Origin: Spiribacter vilamensis
GTDB taxonomy: Bacteria; Pseudomonadota; Gammaproteobacteria; Nitrococcales; Nitrococcaceae
Assembly: GCF_004217415.1 (NCBI RefSeq)
Contig: NZ_SHLI01000001.1
Span: 1,607,239-1,631,238 of the forward strand
DNA: 24,000 nt
Reading direction: 5' to 3'
Shown here: positions 19,936 to 24,000 of the stretch, piece by piece
Layout of the letters: each line of letters begins with the position of its first letter
Position numbering within the stretch: position 1 is the first letter of the stretch
Notes under the pieces: model-generated
What the model was told of the DNA's origin: nothing
What the model saw: only the letters and a program-made list of their open reading frames with translations
Database searches by the model: none
Translations under genes and position numbers: made by a program

Positions 19936-20910
19936 TTAGTTGCGCCGTTCCGGCCAGATCCCGCTGGGTCGCAGGAGCATGATGAGCAGCATGATGACGG
20001 CGAACAGCAACAACCGCAGCTCACCGAGCTCGCGCAGCAGTTCCGGGCCGAGGATGATGATGAACGCCCCGAGAATAACGCCGGGGATCTTGCCCATCCC
20101 GCCCAGGATCACCGCCATGAGGATCAGCACCGACTGCTCGAAGCTGAAGCTCTCCGGCGAGATCGCGCCGAGGTTGACCGAGAAGAAGATCCCGCCGATG
20201 GCCCCGAACACCGACCCGGTGACGTACGCGGCCAGCTTGACCCGGACCCGGTTGATGCCCATCGCCTCGGCCGCATCCTCGTCGTGGCGGACGTACAGCC
20301 AGGCCCGGCCGAGCCGCGAGTGATAGAGCCGGTGACTCGCTACCACCGCCATCACCGCGAGCAGCAGAAAGACGTAGTAGAAGTCGACGTAGCTGTCGAT
20401 GACATAGCCGAAGAAGCTCGGCTCGGGGATGTTCGACAGACCACTCGCCCGGCCGGTGATCTCGAGATTCCGGGCGCTGAAGCGCACGATCTCGCCGAAC
20501 CCCAAGGTCACGATCGCCAGGTAATCGCTGCGCAGACGCAGCGTAGGCCCGCCGATGATCACCCCGGCCATGCAGGCCGCGAGCAGCGCCGGCGGGATCG
20601 CCAGCCAGAAGTTCCAGTCGAACTGCACCGTCAGGATGCCGACGCTGTATGCCCCGACCGCGAAGAACGCGGCATACCCCAGATCCAGCAGGCCGGCATA
20701 GCCGACCACGATGTTCAGCCCGAGGGCGAGCACCACGTAGAGCAGTGCGTTGGTCATGATGGTGGTCGTGTAACGGCCCATCACCAGTGGCAGCAACGCC
20801 ATGACGACGACAATGGCGACCATCAGCCACATTTGCCGGCGCGGGCTATCGAAGGTGGCGTAGAGGCGGTCGACGACGCCGGCAGCAGCAAGCTTGGCAG
20901 TACTTATCAC
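19936..20910 (-). CDS. Branched-chain-amino-acid-type ABC permease, LivM family
   Basis: This polytopic membrane protein shows LNIVVGYAGLLDLGYAAFFAVGAY, typical of LivM. The GTG start at 20910 shares 1 nt with the LivH-type stop. The exact start is uncertain. Confidence 0.85.
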   Translation of the reverse strand: MISTAKLAAAGVVDRLYATFDSPRRQMWLMVAIVVVMALLPLVMGRYTTTIMTNALLYVVLALGLNIVVGYAGLLDLGYAAFFAVGAYSVGILTVQFDWNFWLAIPPALLAACMAGVIIGGPTLRLRSDYLAIVTLGFGEIVRFSARNLEITGRASGLSNIPEPSFFGYVIDSYVDFYYVFLLLAVMAVVASHRLYHSRLGRAWLYVRHDEDAAEAMGINRVRVKLAAYVTGSVFGAIGGIFFSVNLGAISPESFSFEQSVLILMAVILGGMGKIPGVILGAFIIILGPELLRELGELRLLLFAVIMLLIMLLRPSGIWPERRN

Positions 20911-21824
20911 TACATCCGCTCCACTTCAGATTTGCCCAGCAGGCCGGTGGGTTTGAAGACCAGCACAAGGATGAGGATGGCGAAGGTGAAAACGTCCTTC
21001 CACTCGCTGCCAATCCACGATATTTGCGTGCCGAAGGATTCGAGCAGCCCCAGGATCAGCCCGCCGAGCATGGCACCGGTGATACTGCCGATGCCGCCGA
21101 TGACGGCGGCGGTAAACGCCTTCAGGCCGATCAGAAAGCCCATGAAATACCAGATGCTGCCGTAGTAGGCGCCGGCCATGGTGCCGGCCGCCGCCGCCAG
21201 CCCCGAGCCGATCAGGAAGGTGATCGCCACGACCCGGGTGACATTGATGCCCATCAGCCGGCACATGTCCTTGTCGATGGACACCGCCCGCATGGCACGG
21301 CCGTACATCGTGCGACTGACGAAAAACTCCAGTGCGATCATGAGCAGCGCCGCAATGGCGACGAGGACAATGGCCTGGTGGCTGATGAAAAGCCGCCCGA
21401 GTTCGAACCCGCCGAAGCCGAGATCGGTGCGAAAGGCGGTGTACTTGCCATCGGTCAGGCTGAGTGCACTGTTCTGGAGCACCAGCGAGACCGCCAGCGC
21501 CGTAATGAGGATCGACAGCCGCGGTGCCGAGAGCATGGGCTGGTAGGCGACCCGCTGGATGATCACTCCAAGGCAGCCGACCGCGACCATGGAAACCAGA
21601 ATGGCGATGGCGAGACCGAACCAGCCGGCCCCGACCACCCCCGAGATCAGAGAGAGGACGCCAAAACCGACAAAGGCGCCAATCATGTAGACATCGCCAT
21701 GGGCGAAATTGAGAAGCTTGATAACACCGAAAATCATGGTGTAGCCAAGCGCAATGAGCGCGTAGAAAGACCCCAGCACCAGGCCATTTACAATGGACTG
21801 GAGGAATGTCTCAAAGGCCGGCAT
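20910..21824 (-). CDS. Branched-chain-amino-acid-type ABC permease, LivH family
   Basis: MPAFETFLQSIVNGLVLGSFYALIALGYTMIFGVIKLLNFAHGDVYMIGAF is a canonical LivH N-terminus. Confidence 0.9.
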   Translation of the reverse strand: MPAFETFLQSIVNGLVLGSFYALIALGYTMIFGVIKLLNFAHGDVYMIGAFVGFGVLSLISGVVGAGWFGLAIAILVSMVAVGCLGVIIQRVAYQPMLSAPRLSILITALAVSLVLQNSALSLTDGKYTAFRTDLGFGGFELGRLFISHQAIVLVAIAALLMIALEFFVSRTMYGRAMRAVSIDKDMCRLMGINVTRVVAITFLIGSGLAAAAGTMAGAYYGSIWYFMGFLIGLKAFTAAVIGGIGSITGAMLGGLILGLLESFGTQISWIGSEWKDVFTFAILILVLVFKPTGLLGKSEVERM

Positions 21825-21850
21825 GCCAAGCCTCCCGTTGACCGAACTTG

Positions 21851-21886
21851 AATGAAAAGGCGCGGGTACTCCGCGATACCCGCGCC
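21851..21886 (-). terminator. Intrinsic-terminator-like hairpin between the binding-protein gene and the permease genes (probable partial attenuator)
   Basis: On the minus strand a perfect 10-bp stem GGCGCGGGTA/TACCCGCGCC (21886-21877 / 21868-21859) encloses an 8-nt loop. TTTTCATT (21858-21851) follows. It begins 14 nt after the SBP stop codon. Confidence 0.65.
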
Positions 21887-21899
21887 CCGTGACGCCGTG

Positions 21900-23018
21900 T
21901 TAGTTCGCGTAGAACGTCCAGGCGTCATCCTCGCCCTGGAGAATGATGAAGTTGCTGCGGGCGAGCGTGTTGTCATCGGTAAAACGAATGGGTCCGGTCA
22001 GCCAGGACTGGCCATCGGTGGACTCGAGCGCCTCGACCACCGCGGCCGGATCCGTGGTCCCGGCCTTGTCCATTGCCCAGGCCATGAGCTTCAGCCCGTC
22101 ATAGTTGAGCGGTGCGTAGGGACCCGGGCTCTGGCCGTACTCGGCCTGGTAGTTATCGATGAAATCCGCCGCTTCGGGCAGGAACTCGGCAGTCGGGTTG
22201 GAGAAGGCAAACACGCCCTCCGCGGCACCACCGGCGATATCGAAGAGCTGCGGCGAGTTGGAACCATCACCCACGGCGATCATGCCGCGGTAGCCGCCCT
22301 GGCGGAGCTGGCGGATCATCAGGCCGCCATCGGCGTAATAGGCTGTCCAGAACACCGCCTCGGCGTCACTGGAGCGGACATTGCTGACCACCGCCGAGAA
22401 GTCCTGCTCACCCTTGTTGACGGTCTCGCGGGTCGCCACCTCGTGGCCCATCGCCTCCCAGCGCTCGACGGTCAGATCCGCCAGGTCCTGGGAGTAGGAA
22501 TCGCCCTGGTCGATGACTGCCAGGCGCTTGATGTCCTGCGACTCGAAAAATTCGGCGGCCTTTTTCGACTGATCCGCCCCGGTGGAGTTGATCATGAAGG
22601 CGTTGCCCGGGTTGGCCGGAATGAGCTGGGTGGAGTTGGAGGCGGTGATGACGAACGGCAGGCCCTCGTCACCGTAGGTCTTGAGCGTTGGCAGCGTGGC
22701 GCCGGAGCAGTACCCCCCAACGATGCCCACGACGCCGCGCGAAACGAGGTTGCCGGCGGCGTTCACCGACTGCTGCGGATCGCAGGCCGAGTCGCCATTG
22801 ATCAGCTCGATCTCGCGGCCGAGCAGCCCGCCGCTGGCGTTGATCTCCTCGGCGGCGAGCTCGGCGGCATTGAACATGTCCTGACCGTAGGTGGCCTCGG
22901 AGCCCGTGGTGGGGACCTGAACCCCGATCAGGATGGAATCGTCCTGGGCCTGTGCGACCCCGCCCAGACCCACGCCCAGGGCGACGGTCGTGGCAATTGC
23001 AGTGATTGTGGTTTTCAT
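21900..23018 (-). CDS. Periplasmic substrate-binding protein, LivK/type-I PBP (amino-acid-binding) family; ligand unknown
   Basis: It has the signal peptide MKTTITAIATTVALGVGLGGVAQA. ILIGVQVPTTGSEATYGQDMFNAAELAAEEINASGGLLGREIELI...DSACDP follows the pattern typical of the Leu/Ile/Val-binding family. A TGGAGG RBS is present. Confidence 0.85.
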   Translation of the reverse strand: MKTTITAIATTVALGVGLGGVAQAQDDSILIGVQVPTTGSEATYGQDMFNAAELAAEEINASGGLLGREIELINGDSACDPQQSVNAAGNLVSRGVVGIVGGYCSGATLPTLKTYGDEGLPFVITASNSTQLIPANPGNAFMINSTGADQSKKAAEFFESQDIKRLAVIDQGDSYSQDLADLTVERWEAMGHEVATRETVNKGEQDFSAVVSNVRSSDAEAVFWTAYYADGGLMIRQLRQGGYRGMIAVGDGSNSPQLFDIAGGAAEGVFAFSNPTAEFLPEAADFIDNYQAEYGQSPGPYAPLNYDGLKLMAWAMDKAGTTDPAAVVEALESTDGQSWLTGPIRFTDDNTLARSNFIILQGEDDAWTFYAN

Positions 23019-23088
23019 CAGGTTAGCCTCCAGAGATTTTATACGGTTTCAAGGTTTAGACGATCGGGGTCCGCCACGCAAGTACTAG

Positions 23089-24000
23089 TTACATTGCGCT
23101 GCGCCATACCGGCGCACCGAGTACTGCATGATCGAGCGCCACGCCCAGTCCTGGTGCAGTGGATGCGGCTATTCGGCCGTCGACGCGCTGCGGCGCCCCG
23201 GTGGCAAAGGGCCGGGTGACGTAGCTGTTGAAGTCGGTAACCGAGAAGCGCGACGCCTCGGGCGTGGAATGCGCGAGGTGGGCGATGGCCGCCGTCGCGA
23301 CATCCCCGCCCCAGGTGTCCTCGAGGGTCATGGCGATCCCCGACTCCGCGCAGACATCGCGCATGCGATGCGCCCGGGTGAGTCCGCCCACTTTCGCGAT
23401 CTTGATGTTGACGACATCCATTGCTCCGTCGCTAATCCCCTGCAATAACCAGGCCATGCCGTCGACGGACTCATCGAGGACAAACGGACGCCGGGTCGCC
23501 CGGCGTATCTGCAGGCAGCTTGCGTAGTCGGCACAGGGCTGTTCGATGGTGACGTCGAGATCGGCGATCGCCGCCGCCACCCGCATCGCCGCATGCCGGG
23601 TCCAGCCCGTGTTGGCATCGGCTACCAGCGTGTCGCCGCGGCGCATCACCGCCGCACAGGCATGAATGCGGTCGATGTCCGTATCCGGATCGCCGCCGAC
23701 CTTGAGCTGGAACCGCGTGTAGCCTTCGTCCTGGTACTGGCGGCAGCGCTCGGCCATCTGCTCGGGGCTTTGCTGGGAAATGGCGCGATAGAGTCCGATC
23801 GACTCGCCATAGCGCCCGCCCAGCAGGTGACAGACCGGCTGCCCCGTCGCCTTGCCGAGGAGATCCCAGCAGGCGACATCGATCGGCGATTTAACGTAGT
23901 TGTGGCCACGCAGCGCGCGATCGAGGTGGTGGCTGATCTGCATCGGCCGGGTCGGATCAAGCCCGATCAGCTGCGGCGCGAGCATCTGCAGGCCGGTCCG
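23089..24000 (-). CDS. Enolase-superfamily enzyme, mandelate racemase/muconate-lactonizing (MLE) subgroup; N-terminus lies beyond the window
   Basis: The reading frame stays open past the tracked M at 23985 to the window end (…RTGLQMLAPQ…). Motifs are GHNYVKSPIDVACWDLLGK, FQLKVGG, VADANTGW, IEQPC, VLDES, NIKIAKVGG and EDTWGGD. These fit the D/E/D metal ligands plus Lys bases of the MLE subgroup. Confidence 0.85.
   Translation of the reverse strand, partial: RTGLQMLAPQLIGLDPTRPMQISHHLDRALRGHNYVKSPIDVACWDLLGKATGQPVCHLLGGRYGESIGLYRAISQQSPEQMAERCRQYQDEGYTRFQLKVGGDPDTDIDRIHACAAVMRRGDTLVADANTGWTRHAAMRVAAAIADLDVTIEQPCADYASCLQIRRATRRPFVLDESVDGMAWLLQGISDGAMDVVNIKIAKVGGLTRAHRMRDVCAESGIAMTLEDTWGGDVATAAIAHLAHSTPEASRFSVTDFNSYVTRPFATGAPQRVDGRIAASTAPGLGVALDHAVLGAPVWRSAM

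Noticed and set aside
15701-24000. tRNA-Gly as the attachment site of a genomic island carrying the catabolic operon
   Set aside because: No integrase or recombinase is adjacent to the tRNA. No direct repeat of the tRNA 3' end is visible in the window. The operon's GC and codon style match the flanking core genes. The far boundary lies outside the window, so this cannot be fully excluded.

Overview
This is a 24-kb, high-GC bacterial chromosomal segment that is almost entirely coding. Most coding lines I hand-counted are about 65-70% GC. Gene content and synteny (ppc, ampG, trxB, xthA, thiS-thiG-trmB) look proteobacterial, probably gammaproteobacterial, but that is inference. Layout, left to right: ppc (- strand, runs off the left edge) sits divergent from ampG, trxB and a glutaredoxin-like gene (+). 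xthA (-) is convergent with that group and divergent from a PduO-fold protein (+). A long minus-strand array follows: thiS-thiG-trmB, then a cobalamin riboswitch with nrdH-nrdI-nrdE-nrdF, then a second cobalamin riboswitch with btuB-btuF-btuC-btuD. Next comes tRNA-Gly(CCC) (+) and a second long minus-strand operon. That operon encodes an enolase-superfamily enzyme (runs off the right edge), a LivK-type binding protein, LivH/M/G/F-type ABC components, and a three-subunit flavoenzyme resembling HcnABC, opine dehydrogenase or D-hydroxyproline dehydrogenase. I found no transposase, integrase, CRISPR array, phage gene or recognisable defence system. Three observations stand out. (1) A B12 riboswitch controls a class Ib ribonucleotide reductase operon directly next to riboswitch-controlled B12 uptake. 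(2) A low-GC, low-GC3 mosaic segment lies inside btuB. (3) A tightly coupled transporter, epimerase-like enzyme and heterotrimeric dehydrogenase operon has a substrate that cannot be named from sequence. All homology statements come from by-eye motif recognition; no searches or folding programs were run.
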